A stretch of 55,877 nt of DNA, filler included, from Thelocarpon superellum (lineage: Eukaryota), in NCBI GenBank assembly GCA_026025795.1. It is 2 parts of 2 records of this genome, joined end to end, with 100 filler letters (N's around TTAATTAATTAA, not from the genome) between each part and the next. Parts side by side here need not be neighbours in the genome. Positions count along the whole stretch, not along the records: positions 28,018 to 55,877 come from JAPEUG010000240.1; 1 more part is not named here. The stretch is one strand, 5' to 3'. The translations under genes were made by a program, and so were the position numbers. Position 1 is the first letter of the stretch. The number at the start of each line of letters is the position of its first letter. Of this stretch, positions 35,860 to 47,142 are shown in pieces. The notes below the pieces were generated by a model. It worked only from the letters and a program-made list of their open reading frames with translations. It searched no databases and was not told where the DNA came from.

Positions 35860-36222
35860 TTAACAATTCCAGCCAGCGCATGGAGGCGCTGTGCACTGCG
35901 TGTTGGTGACATGATTGGCTTCGTCCAGCGCTGTTGCGACCTGATTGCCGAGCCAGACAGAGGTGCCAAAAGTGGCCCTACCTCCGCCGCACGAAGGATT
36001 TGTGACGGCGATCAGATGCTTCTTCAAGGCCTGCCAGAGTGCGTCACAGCTGTTGACTTGCACGTTGGTGTAGTGGTCGTACGCGCCCCCCACATTGTTC
36101 ACATGGCACGTGCCTGGAGCACCTGAAAGGCCCCCCTCATGCGGCAGAGCGACAGCGCCTGAGGCAAAGAGACCAAGGCTCAGGCCGACGGCGGTGCTGA
36201 CGAGGGGTGTTAAAGCGACCAT
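35860..36222 (-). CDS. Small secreted Cys-rich protein, 120 aa, 6 Cys (possible KP6-like fold)
   Basis: Signal peptide MVALTPLVSTAVGLSLGLFASGAVA; TCHV..YDHY..SCDALWQALK...PSC..ATFGT...VATAL...QC; TATAAA about 130 nt upstream. Confidence 0.82.
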   Translation of the reverse strand: MVALTPLVSTAVGLSLGLFASGAVALPHEGGLSGAPGTCHVNNVGGAYDHYTNVQVNSCDALWQALKKHLIAVTNPSCGGGRATFGTSVWLGNQVATALDEANHVTNTQCTAPPCAGWNC

Positions 36223-36934
36223 TTTGCGGCGTGGATGGCGAAGAGAAGGCGGTAGAGAGGAGTATGGGCGAGATGAGTGCAAGGTCAGTGGGCGTGATTG
36301 CGAGCGTCTGCGGGATGATCAATGAACAGGAGGCAGACACGGAGATTTATAGATGATCATGACCTCAGCATCCTCGTGGCAGAGAGCATGCATGAGCCTT
36401 TCCATGATCCTGCTTCTCCATGTACTCGGCATTAGGACCATTCCAATGGTGGGACACTTGATGACAGATTAATGTTCCTGAGTCGGAGAGCTGAGTCCCA
36501 GAACCGAGTGTGCCGTGCAAGGCTATGTTTACATGCCGGTAGAGCATAAGACAGGGACCTCTTGGGTCCTGTGCATGACGAGCGTAGGTGTGTCCACTGC
36601 ATCGCCATAAGAACATAATGCGCGGTCAGCATAGAGAGAATGTCCGTGGCCGCCTTGGTGCTGTTGGCCCTGTGGAAGTAGCGACGGTTTGCCAAATAAA
36701 CCCACCGAGCATCCTGACGAAGCAAGAGAGGCACCTGTCCCAGAGAGAAGTTCCTGTCACACCGACCGTCGTGTTGCTGCCGCTGCCCATGTGCACAGTC
36801 AAGGCGACAGTCATGTAAGGAGACTGCCAAGACCTATGGGAGGTATGAGCATCCAGCAGGTACGCATGAGGAGGATATCCATCAATGCATGCCGTCGCAA
36901 AACAGGCTCAGGCACGTCCTTACAGCCTAACAAT

Positions 36935-37030
36935 CTGCATGAAGACATGCACATAGAAATGCATGAAGACATGCAGGCAGAACTGCATTAGTACATGCAC
37001 GTAGAACTGCATCAAGACATGCACAGAGCA
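36935..37030. repeat. 24-bp minisatellite, 4 copies
   Basis: CTGCATGAAGACATGCACATAGAA / ATGCATGAAGACATGCAGGCAGAA / CTGCATTAGTACATGCACGTAGAA / CTGCATCAAGACATGCACAGAGCA. Confidence 0.85.
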
Positions 37031-37288
37031 CTGCCGTCATGCGGACATATGTCTCCGTGGGCACTGGGCAGTGGGCGATAGTGGGAGCCGGTTAGTGTAA
37101 GAGGGCGACTACAGCAGCTACCGCTGCCGGAACTCGCCAATCACGGGACACTTCCCACTTATTGAGGATGACATAATCCGCGGTTGGTCACGGGACGAAG
37201 TACAGCTAAATCCGCTCCAAGGCGCCCCATACAATTAACAAGTATGGGCAGACCCAAGCAGACTATTGACAGTAGCTGCAATACCAAC

Positions 37289-37528
37289 GGTGACGCCGAA
37301 GCGTACAGCTAGGCAGAATCAGTCGATCGTCTCTTGGCTAGGATAACAGGGTGCAATAGCGTTGGTAGACCGATTCCTGACCTCGTCGTGTTACTTGGGT
37401 TGAACGCTGAGACTGCTAGCTCGCAGCGAGACTCGATATATATACAGCGAGTTATGTCACGTGCTACATCACGTGACTATATGATCTCTACCATCCTTAC
37501 GGCGAGGCGTGGAGCTCCCAGTCTCACA
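37289..37528 (-). mobile_element. Solo LTR, family A copy 4 (older, diverged)
   Basis: GGCGAGGCGTGGAGCTCCCAGTCTCACA end, two TCACGTG boxes, TATATATA, and GCTAGCTCGCAGCG shared with the other copies. Confidence 0.8.
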
Positions 37529-37666
37529 TTGGCCTTGAGCACCAGATGCTAGTTGCTGGATAATGTACTTGAGCTGCTCCATGCGGATGAAGGTTCCAAC
37601 TAAAGAGATACATGATGAACGTGACCGCAAATCAGAAAATGGATTCACTAATCATTGGGACGAAAA

Positions 37667-38195
37667 TTAAGAGTACCCAGGGAATGGCGCAGGATCGCTA
37701 GAGGCTGGCGCCGCCGCGGCCGGAGCGGGTGCTGAGAAGGTGCCACTTTCAAGCGGCCCAGACCCACCAGTGCTGGAGACAGCGTGTTTCGCTTTCGGGG
37801 CCGAGGTGTCTGGGTCGCCGGGGAAGCCTCCGACGTTCCCTGATGGGTCGCCGTTGTCTACCGGTGGTGCATCACTCGCCTCAATTGCTTTGCCTCTGTC
37901 GTTTTTGGGGCGGTTGTATGTCGCGCCATAGTTGTAGCTTCCACTGCTTCCACCGCTGTCGCCCGAACCGCCTAGTCCAACGTTGATGACCTGACGACGA
38001 CCAAGGTGAACAGGGGTGGTGTCTCGCTCTGTCAACAGCCCATCAGCCCGACTCCCACCAAAGCCAAAAACGATGGAGACCGGATTCATCCGTACTAGAA
38101 GTAACCACGCTGAAGGCTTGATAAAACGTAGGGAAGGCACAGACAATCGTAGATGATGTCGCCAAGGAAAGGAGGATGGTCGCAGACAGCTTCAT
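37667..38195 (-). CDS. Secreted Gly/Ser/Pro-rich disordered protein (2 exons)
   Basis: Signal peptide MKLSATILLSLATSSTIVCA. Intron GTACGG..GCTGAT..CAG (~38031-38095) joins it to KRDTTPVHLGRRQVINVG...PFPGYS. Confidence 0.7.
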
Positions 38196-40387
38196 GGTGG
38201 ACTCAAGGTGCACAAGAGCGGCAATGATGTAGCAAGGAGCAGGCTTCGGCGAGTGAAGAATGTCTGGGAACAACCTGGCAGATCTCCAAAATATCATTAA
38301 CCAAACAGGGGTCCTTCAAGCTTTTATGCCAAAATGGACCCGTGCCACGAGTGTGCGGTGGCTTTGCACGACGCGGAGCAAAGGCCAAATCGGACTCATG
38401 GCTAACTGCACGGCTGATTGTGCCATCGAGGCTATGAGAACGCGTCAAGCCGTGCGTTTCGCGGGTGCGATGACGGTACAACACAAGCCGTCCCTTGGCC
38501 ATAGCTGGTTGGACGAAGGCACGGGTAAGAGGACGCCACGGGGCTTCAGACTTCCTTCGAGAGGACGAAGGAATAGCAGCGACCCTCCACCAGCTTACAG
38601 ATCGATCGGTCGTCGCCATCCATATACCCATCTCACGACCCGGATCAGAGCTTGATTGGCGCGCCGAGAGGGTGTCGGCAGATAGGAACTCCGTTTTGAC
38701 TGCAATCGGGGGAAACAGGGGTGCCCTCCGAAGCGGGCGCAGGGTTGGAGATGCAGACGGACCAATGAGCGCGGTGCACTCGGCCGCTCGCGCGTACGAC
38801 CCCGCCACTTTCATCTCCGTGCGCAAATCCCGTCCTTGGAGCGCCACGACCCAGCAATTCAATTCTCAGCCGCTCATCGTATGATTGGACAATGATATGC
38901 AAATTGCATATCGCCGATCGTTTTTGCCCCATTTGTACAACCGTGCCGTTCCACTTGCATTATTCTGGCTTCTCAAAGACGGATCGTCGTGGTATCGTCG
39001 TGGTGTGTGGTGTGTGGTGTCTTCTGCGCAGCAACTGAATTATGATTGAGACCGGTTGTGACTCTTGTAATGCACGGAATAATCCTAAGCCTATTCTTAC
39101 CCGTGTTTTATCCTTTCATCCTTGAACTTGAAGTGGCTACACTTTCATTGTGCAGCTCCGGTTTCGCGAAAAGTCTGTGAAGGTCCCGCAGTCCTCGCCT
39201 GGTCATGAGCCCCGCTCGTCGTGAGTCTCCTTTTTTTCCGTACGAATTAGCGATGGTAATGAATGCGACCGCAGTTTGAGAGAATTCCACCGCGCACGTT
39301 ACAAGCAAGCAGGAAATGGGAGCAAGGACGAGGAACCAGATCAAAAGCAGGGACAGGACAGTTGAAGTATAATCGTGTCATAGCCAATCGCCTGAGAAGG
39401 GTGTGAAATAAACAAAGTCGAATATTTAAATAGTATTATTTATTCCTGCGAATAAAATAATCAAATGTCTAATTTGCTTGTGCTGGCAATTTGACGGCGT
39501 TTGCCTGCACGAAAACACAGTGGAGAATGCGGATTTGTTTACTGCGGTATACATATTCAGGAGAGTTATTTCTGAATACACCTGCCGTCCTCTTCGGAGT
39601 CGTTCGTACGTCTGGACGAAAACGAAAAGGAGAGAGTAATGGGGAGAGGAAAGCAGAGAGAGAAAGGATTTGGGAGGCTGCAGCCTGCCATCATAGTACG
39701 ATAGAATCTCCCAGGCCACGACCGTTCAATTTGTCATTCTCGCTCATCACGGTCAAATAGTCTCGCCGCCTTTATACACCGAGTAAAGCAGGCGACTTCC
39801 CTCGCGAGGCAGGGCAGGCCCTTAGGAATAGGAACTTTCCGAGGGGTGCCGCTTAAGCCTCCGCCGTACCACGGACGTAACGGATTGATAAGCCGCCGAA
39901 TTACCAATGCCACACACCACAGCCAAGTTAAGGAGATCTCGTCCTCGCGTGCTAGTTCATCTAAGGTCAAAGGGCCAGCCAGCTAGCAAGCATGCGAGAT
40001 GCTTCTGGGTTGGATTGTAGCATCATAGCTCTGAATGTAGTATGAGCTGTTTTCAGTCACCCACATCCCTACAGTAGTCCTCTACGCGGAGGGGCGGCTT
40101 TCTCGCATTGGGCACATTAACAATCACGCATCCAAGAAGCTTTCGCCCCGCTCGACCATACTTCCCCTCATCGCTTGTGCTTGACAATGGTTCGGCGCTG
40201 CCGTCCAAGATGCCTACATAATTCCAGCCTCTCCTCTTCTCTCTCGACTCTCCCGTGCTAGCACAACTGGCATCGAGTCTTCCCGTCTTCACTCAGTAAA
40301 AGCCTTCTCGTATCTCCATCTTTCCATTGCAATCACTCAACCACGGTCATATCTACAACGTCAAGATCGACGCCCTCTTACCCCGCG

Positions 40388-41610
40388 ATGGCAGAACAAG
40401 ACGTTGATTCCTTGGCATATACCAAGCCCCTCCAAATAACCAAGACGATCCATCGTGATCCCTACCCCAGTCTATCCCCGGACAAGCCCGAGCTTTCTCC
40501 CAATGGCAAGATTGTGCTCGTCACCGGGGGTGGCAGTGGTATTGGCGCCGTAAGCACCTTGCTTCATACTCTCTGGGATTTCCGTTCTTATCCCACTCCT
40601 TCGCTCGTCCGACGTAGGACTAACAACATTCTATTCTTCGTCCCAGGCCGCCGCTAAAGTCTGGGCCAAAGCCGGCGCTGCAGGAGTCGTTATTGCCGGA
40701 CGGCGCGTCGCGAACCTCGAGCAAGTGCTGAAGGAACTGAGAGCGAGCGCGCACGCGGGCGCCCAAGTCCAGGCTGTGCCCACGGACGTGACGAGGCTCG
40801 CGGACGTGACGGCACTGTTCGCCGCCGTCCAGACCACCTTTGGCCGTGCCCCGGATGTCGTCATCCACTCCGCTGGCTACCTTGAAGATGCGAAGCCCGT
40901 GGGGCAAGTCGACCCTGCCGATTGGTTGAACAGTGTGGTGAGTCTACTACTCCTACTCTTCTCCTCCTGCGAGTCTATGCTAGGACGCAGAGATAGAGAG
41001 GCGGACGCTGACGGAGGACGAAATTAGAACATCAATCTCGTGGGTACCTTCAACGTGGCGCATTCGTACATCAAAGCGCTCCCAAACCCGCAAGATCCTA
41101 GCGGGACTTTTGTGAGCGTCAGCTCGGGCATGGCGGGCCTGACCATCCCGGGAAATTCGGGCTACTCGATTGCGAAATTGGGCATGCAGCGTCTGAATGA
41201 GCATCTGGATATTGGTGAGTAACATCTCGCTCCAGCTCTCCCCGGGTAGGAGTGATACTCCTGTCCGCTGTAGAAAGGGAGGGGAACAGGGTCGAAGGCT
41301 GACGTGATGTGATCTGATGATGATAGAATACCCACATCTCCGCACTTTCACCATCTCGCCCGGTGTCGTGGCAACGGACATGCCACCTGCCGCCTTCCGC
41401 CCTTACGCGCATGACCACGAAGATCTGACGGGACTATGGGCCTTGTACCTGGCCCAGCCCCGCGCCGACTATCTTAAGGGCTCGCTGATTGGCGTCAACT
41501 GGGACGTCGATGAGGTGGAGGCGCACAAGGACGAGATTGAGAGTAAGAAACTGCTCAAGACGGCTTGGATCAATCTTCTCCCGCTTGGAGGCGGGCCTGG
41601 TCTGGCTTGA
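40388..41610 (+). CDS. Short-chain dehydrogenase/reductase (4 exons)
   Basis: VTGGGSGIG, AGRR, TDVT, HSAG, catalytic S and YSIAK, ISPGVVAT, NWDVDE; canonical introns. Confidence 0.92.
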
Positions 41611-42378
41611 CCGTGACTACATACATTGGCGCCGTATCTTAAGCAATTCGTAGTACTTGAGCTACAAGTACTTAATTTGTCGATGGACAGACTACGATGC
41701 TAGTTTCTTGCTCTCTTGAATTCTTCTAACAACCATCGTATATCTAGAAATCATTTATTGAGGTAGGATGGGAATGTCCATCACACCGCCGGATACTTAA
41801 CCGACTCCACGCATCTTCACGCCAGGCTAAGAAACCGGAATACTTTATTACTTTTAATATTTAATCGATTATTTTATTTTCTGGCATCTTCCCTGATTTC
41901 TAAGCATCGATTCCGCGTGTCGCATTCTTTCTCCCAAGTATGTGTAATGGATGGCATGGTGATATGGATATGAATATTCTCCACATGGCTCTCAGTCTCG
42001 GAGGTTGTCGTCCGCTCTCTCACGGTCGGTCCAGGTTTGTGAGGTAAGAGGGAGGTAAAGTTAGCTCGTTCCTCGGGAACGCAGTGCCGGTCTAATCGAC
42101 CCGATCATTTACTCGTCGATGGAAATGATGGGTCCAGAGTACTCGTAATATAGCGGCCACGTTCAGTTTCCTTTATTATATTCGTACCCGAACTTATTCG
42201 AAGAGGTCCCATCTCTCAAGAGGGGTACCTCTAGGCAGAAGGGTCTCCGCACATTCGATCATGTCGCTCTTATATACCAATGAGATGGTTATATTCTAAT
42301 CCAAGACACAACTCTACTGACCGTCCGTGGTGAGGCTTGACCAGGGTTTCTCTAGGCGCTCGTGCTCCCATCCGTCAT

Positions 42379-43467
42379 TCAGTAAATGCCGATGCCAGGC
42401 GAGCAAGCGCCAATGTTGGCGAAATAGTAGAGATGGGCGACGGCACTAAAGGTCAACTCTCCCAGGTTGCCGCCAATGTTGATCGGCCCGGTGTAGAGGT
42501 TGATGTTGCTCGCGTTGATGTTGGTATCACCCTGCTCGATGTGGTACTCCGGGCTGATGTGGGCATAGTCGAAGCTGATCGGTGGGAGTCGAGGCACGAT
42601 GTCATCCGTGTGAGTAACGCGGTAGTTGCCTCCTGCCTGGTCGGTGACCAAGTCTGCGAACGGGGCGTTGCCGACTCGGGGCGAGCCATACGTATACTAG
42701 GGCAAGAGGGACGCTAGGTCAGCGAAATATGTCGAGTGAAGACGGGTGGCGAGTGTGAACGTACCAGAGCCGCAGTATTGCCTTCCTTGCGCAGTTCCGC
42801 CGCGGCGAGGGACGCAATCGCACCGCCGAGACTGTGACCGACGACGACGAGCTCGAAGGTCGGATGCTGGCTCTTGGCGCTGGATACCGCACCGAGGACC
42901 TGGTCACGGATCTCGAGCCAGGAGTTCAAGAAGCCGCGATGGACGAGGCAGGTCAAGCACATTTCCAGAAATGGAAGCTTGATGAAGGCGTTGTCGTCGA
43001 TGAAGTTTTGGATGGCCTGGGTGCCCCGGAACGCGACGACGATCAGCTGTCTGGTTTGGTCAATGGCGACGTAGCCGGTATCGTCGGTGATCAAGGTGCT
43101 AGAATACGCCTCGTGCTTAGTTCGGAAGTCGCTCCGGCGCGGTCTGTGGAACGTACTGCTGAAATTCAATGATACTGGTGGTGTTGGCAGCCTCGACCAT
43201 GGGGCATGCGTTGGCCCCGCAGGTGATCTTGGAGTTGGGCGAATCATTGTTGTTGGTGCAGTACGTCGCGGCCGCATATTGGGAAAAGAGCTTCAGGTTT
43301 TGGAAGACATCCTCCGGCACGCCCACACTATCTGCGCACGGGGCGTTAGCCTCGGAGACCTAGCTCAGAAAGGACACGAGGGGCGACGAACCTCTGGCAT
43401 CAATCTCCACGGGCACCGCCAAGCTCAGCCCAACAAGGGACAGGAGCGACAACAGGGCGGTCTTCAT
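42379..43467 (-). CDS. Secreted class-3 lipase (4 exons)
   Basis: Signal peptide MKTALLSLLSLVGLSLA; QYAAATYC, VAFRGT, VHRGF, GHSLGG, YGSPRVGN, DIVPRLPP and AHLYYF motifs. Confidence 0.93.
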
Positions 43468-44938
43468 GGTGAAGATCAATGCGTTGAGCCTGCAGAGATG
43501 CCGAAGGAAGACGTCAAGACGAAAAGTTGGTGAGAGAAGATGAAAGACCTCAGTCGCACTGATGGAAATCTGCAGGTAAGAATGAGAGGAGAGCACGATT
43601 TATACCTCTCCGGCACAGGCCTGACTTCTAACATCCATCGCCATCCAGGCGGAGGAAGGGGGGTGTGGTGCCAGCTGCTCACTACCGAGGTACTTTGATG
43701 GGACCTCAGCGCACAGTGCAAGGTCCACCGTGTTCCTGGCCATCGCACTCGTGAGCGGAGTCCCGTACAGAGCCTTGTTGACCATCTGCAGCTCGAATGC
43801 GGGGTCTGATATCCTCGGCATCCTCACACACCATCCCAAGACGGGATGCTCGAAGAGAACATCGACTTGAAATGACTCAAATCACAGAATCTACGTCGAG
43901 ATACCACGCTCGTCTCATCGTTGGGGGGTCCGAGCGAAAGCATGGCAGGTGGGATGGAGGACTGATTGGCCCACCCGTCCAGAGGCTTCACATCAGGGTG
44001 GCATCGGGGTGGCAAAATGGAAGGGTCGGTAGCTCGAGTAGTTCACGTGACCGACACAAGACCCGCGATATCTGGCGTAGCGTCATGGCACATGAAATGC
44101 AGTCCTTCAGTTCGCCGTGTACGAGTAACATGGGCCATTCATTGGCTTGGAGGTGGAGGAAGGACACGGGCTTTTCCGGACATGTTCCCAATCATTGCCG
44201 AAGAGGGCAACTGTCGAGCTCGGCCAATAGTGAACGTAACGCATGAGCCAAGGCAAGCGAGCAGCAGCTCAGCGTTTGGCGGTCTCGCAGCTCGTCAATC
44301 TTCGCGGCCCGAGGTTAGCGGGCTGCGAGCGCAGCAACATCCTCGTAGCCACTCCTACGCAGCTGCACCGGCAGAAGTGCCGAGTCCGCTGGCACCGAGA
44401 ACGCGAGAGTGGCCCCCAGTAGCCCTGCCCCCACGCAACCCTGACAGCCTAGCGAACCTGTTGTGCGCCTAATTCGCCAAACCACCAACGGCAGATGGTG
44501 ATTGCCAAGTTCAACATGTTCGATATGAGGCAGGTGTATCTGCCACATGCCTGTTATCTGGCTGCCATCCTCCAATAGGAATCCTGCGCGAAATCTCTGC
44601 GTCTGCGGAGCCAGCATGCCCGCAACTCCTCTGAGGCCGGAGCGTCTCTATAGGGGGCGTGTGTTGATGGGAGTGAGGCGGGCTGGGACGTCATGTTCTA
44701 CGAAAGAGAGGTGCACTCATGTCATCAAGTGTGGCTAAATTCGGCGAAATTAAAAAATCTTTATGCAAGGTCCTGCTTGGATCCAATCCCAGACCGATGA
44801 ATACCGAGGCGCCTATTGTGTGAGGAATGGCTTAATCAGGAATTATGAGAAAGGAAGAGGAAAGAAAAAAGAGAAGTGAAAGTGGAAGCAGAGAGAAAGC
44901 ATTCACAGATGGTACACAGGCCGACGCGACCCGTCCGA

Positions 44939-45372
44939 TCAGCTCCGAGGACGAAGAAGTCGACCACGCCGATGGCGTTTCTGGGTCATTCCGGAAAGGC
45001 TGACGGTAGTACTGCCGCCAGCACCGCCATTGACATTGTTAGTGTTGGTGTTGCTGATGGCGACATCCGCCCCACTGCTGACACCACCGTTACCGGACTG
45101 GGCTTGAGCTATGGCATAAGCGCTTGCTCCAGTCCCACCAGCAATGCCAGCGTGAGCTTCAGCTCCAGCTTGAGCGCTTGATCCACTACTCCCAGCGCCG
45201 CTAGGTGGCGGTTGCTGTTGTTGTGGCGGTGGTTGCGGCTGTGGTGGCTGCTGTTGCTGTGGTGGCTGCTGTTGCTGTGGTGGCTGCTGTTGCTGTGGTG
45301 GCTGCTGTTGCTGTGGTGGCTGCTGTTGCTGTGGTGGCTGCTGTGGCTGTGGTGGCTGCTGTTGCTGTGGTG

Positions 45373-45442
<70 letters not shown>

Positions 45443-47142
45443 TTGCTGCTGCTGCTGTTGCTGCTGCTGCTGTTGCTGCTGCTGTTGTCCACTGGAAGTC
45501 GTCCCTCCCGTGACGATATTCGCGGCCCCAGAACGGCCAGTGGAGTTGGTATTGGCATTGAAGGTGGTAGGACTGCCGTCGTTTTCTCCAGGACCGCTTC
45601 TACCCGGCGACTGTGGCTGCCAATTGGACTGGTCAGCTCCACCATCGCTCCAGGAATGTCCAACGGATGTAGGGTTCACGCTGGTCGCAGTGCCCGTGTT
45701 GGCAGAGAAAGTTGCGCTACCATTGCCCTGCACGCCGGCAGCGGCACCACCGGATGGAGTGGGGACGTAGGAGTTGTTGATACCAGGAAGCGGACCAGGG
45801 CCGGAGGATTGGGTCTTGGTTACCCAATTGCCGCCTTGACTGGAGCCAGAAGAGCCACCACCGTGATGACCCCCCTGGGGACTACCCGGAGGTGCCGGGA
45901 GACCCGGGGGACCCGGGGGTCCTGGAGGTCCTGATTGTTGACGCAACCCGGCTCCACCTTGTGGTCCTGGCTGTCCTTGCGATCCTGAATGCTGACTGGC
46001 CTGGGAAGAGGGGCCATTGCTTAGGAAGCTGTTGAACAGTGGGCCATTGCTGCTGTCGCCATCGTCGCCATCGCTGGCAGAGCCACTTGAGCTGCTCTCG
46101 CTCCCACCACCACCACCACCACCACCAGCGCCACCTCCTGCATTACCCTCCGTGCCTCCGCTGCCGCCACCGCCAAGACTTTGCGCAACGGTAGCGGGAC
46201 TGGCACCACCACCACCATTTCCATCGGGCTGTGTGTCGACAGTCCCAGCAGACGAGATGCCGGGGTTGGCGATGGCACTGCTCGAAGCGTTGAAGGAGCA
46301 ATTGCCAGTGGGCGCGTTATATACACACGGTCCGGGGAAGGGATAATCGCCGGGGCCCTGGTTGGGTTTGTAGATGTCGTACACGAGGCCCGGGTCAGTC
46401 GGATGATAAAGCGTGGTGCCTAACGCCCCGTTCGTCGACGATGAACCGTTCGATGTCGTAGTGCCCGATCCCCCAATTACGATGTTGATGCATTGTGGGT
46501 AGTTCTGCGGCGCACCCATCAAATGGAGCGCGATGATCTCGTGGCGTATCACCCACTCGCCCGGGGCAAAGTTGGGGATGGTAAAATTGGCCCGGCTATT
46601 GTCGTCGGAGAACTGGGTAGAGGCCCAATAGCCTCCATCATATGAGGATCCCGTAGATCTGAGCGGCCCGTCTTGCGTGACCTTGATCCATTGCAGCTGC
46701 TCCTTGTTGGCCGACGAGCATGGCCCATTGCAGGGCGCCATATAGTTGATGATTGGGCCTTTGTGCGTACTAGCAAATGTCGTCCACTGGAAGACGATGT
46801 TGGTGCCGGCCGTCACATTGAGGGAGGATGCGGCCGGCACGGCATTCTTGTGGCAGATGATGTTTGGACCGCTGTAGTCGGACGGGGCGACGTAGCCCTT
46901 GTCTTCGTTGCCTTTGGTCGTCCATGCGACCGCGCCTGCGCTTGCGGGCTGGCCCGGGATGAACCCAGGATAACTTGCAAAGGTCAGCGCCATGTTTCGG
47001 CGGACGGAGAAGGGAGGCGGTCACGGTGTTCCCACCTTTGGCCATTGACGAGCACCGTCTGCACCACTCCGTGGGCATCGACTATCGACAGGGAGCAAAT
47101 CAACGCTCCAAGTAGAGCCACCACTGGGCCGATTTGATGCAT
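44939..47142 (-). CDS. AA9 lytic polysaccharide monooxygenase with a long disordered Gly/Gln/Pro-rich C-terminal tail (2 exons)
   Basis: Signal peptide MHQIGPVVALLGALICSLSIVDA followed by His1 (HGVVQ); IICHK, HKGPIINYMA, RHEIIALH and PQNYPQC motifs; intron ~46975-47035. Confidence 0.92.
45203..45487 (-). repeat. CAG/CAA tract (38 Gln) followed by about 9 18-bp units encoding PPQQQQ
   Basis: 45374-45487 is 114 nt of CTG/TTG on the plus strand; 45203-45373 consists of TGGTGGCTGCTGTTGCTG-type units. Confidence 0.95.

Noticed and set aside
36935..37030. CRISPR-like array
   Set aside because: Tandem units without unique spacers, eukaryotic context, no cas genes.
45109..45934. Poly-Leu/Trp, poly-Ala/Val and poly-Ser/His ORFs
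   Set aside because: Alternative frames of the CAG/CCA repeat inside the LPMO gene.
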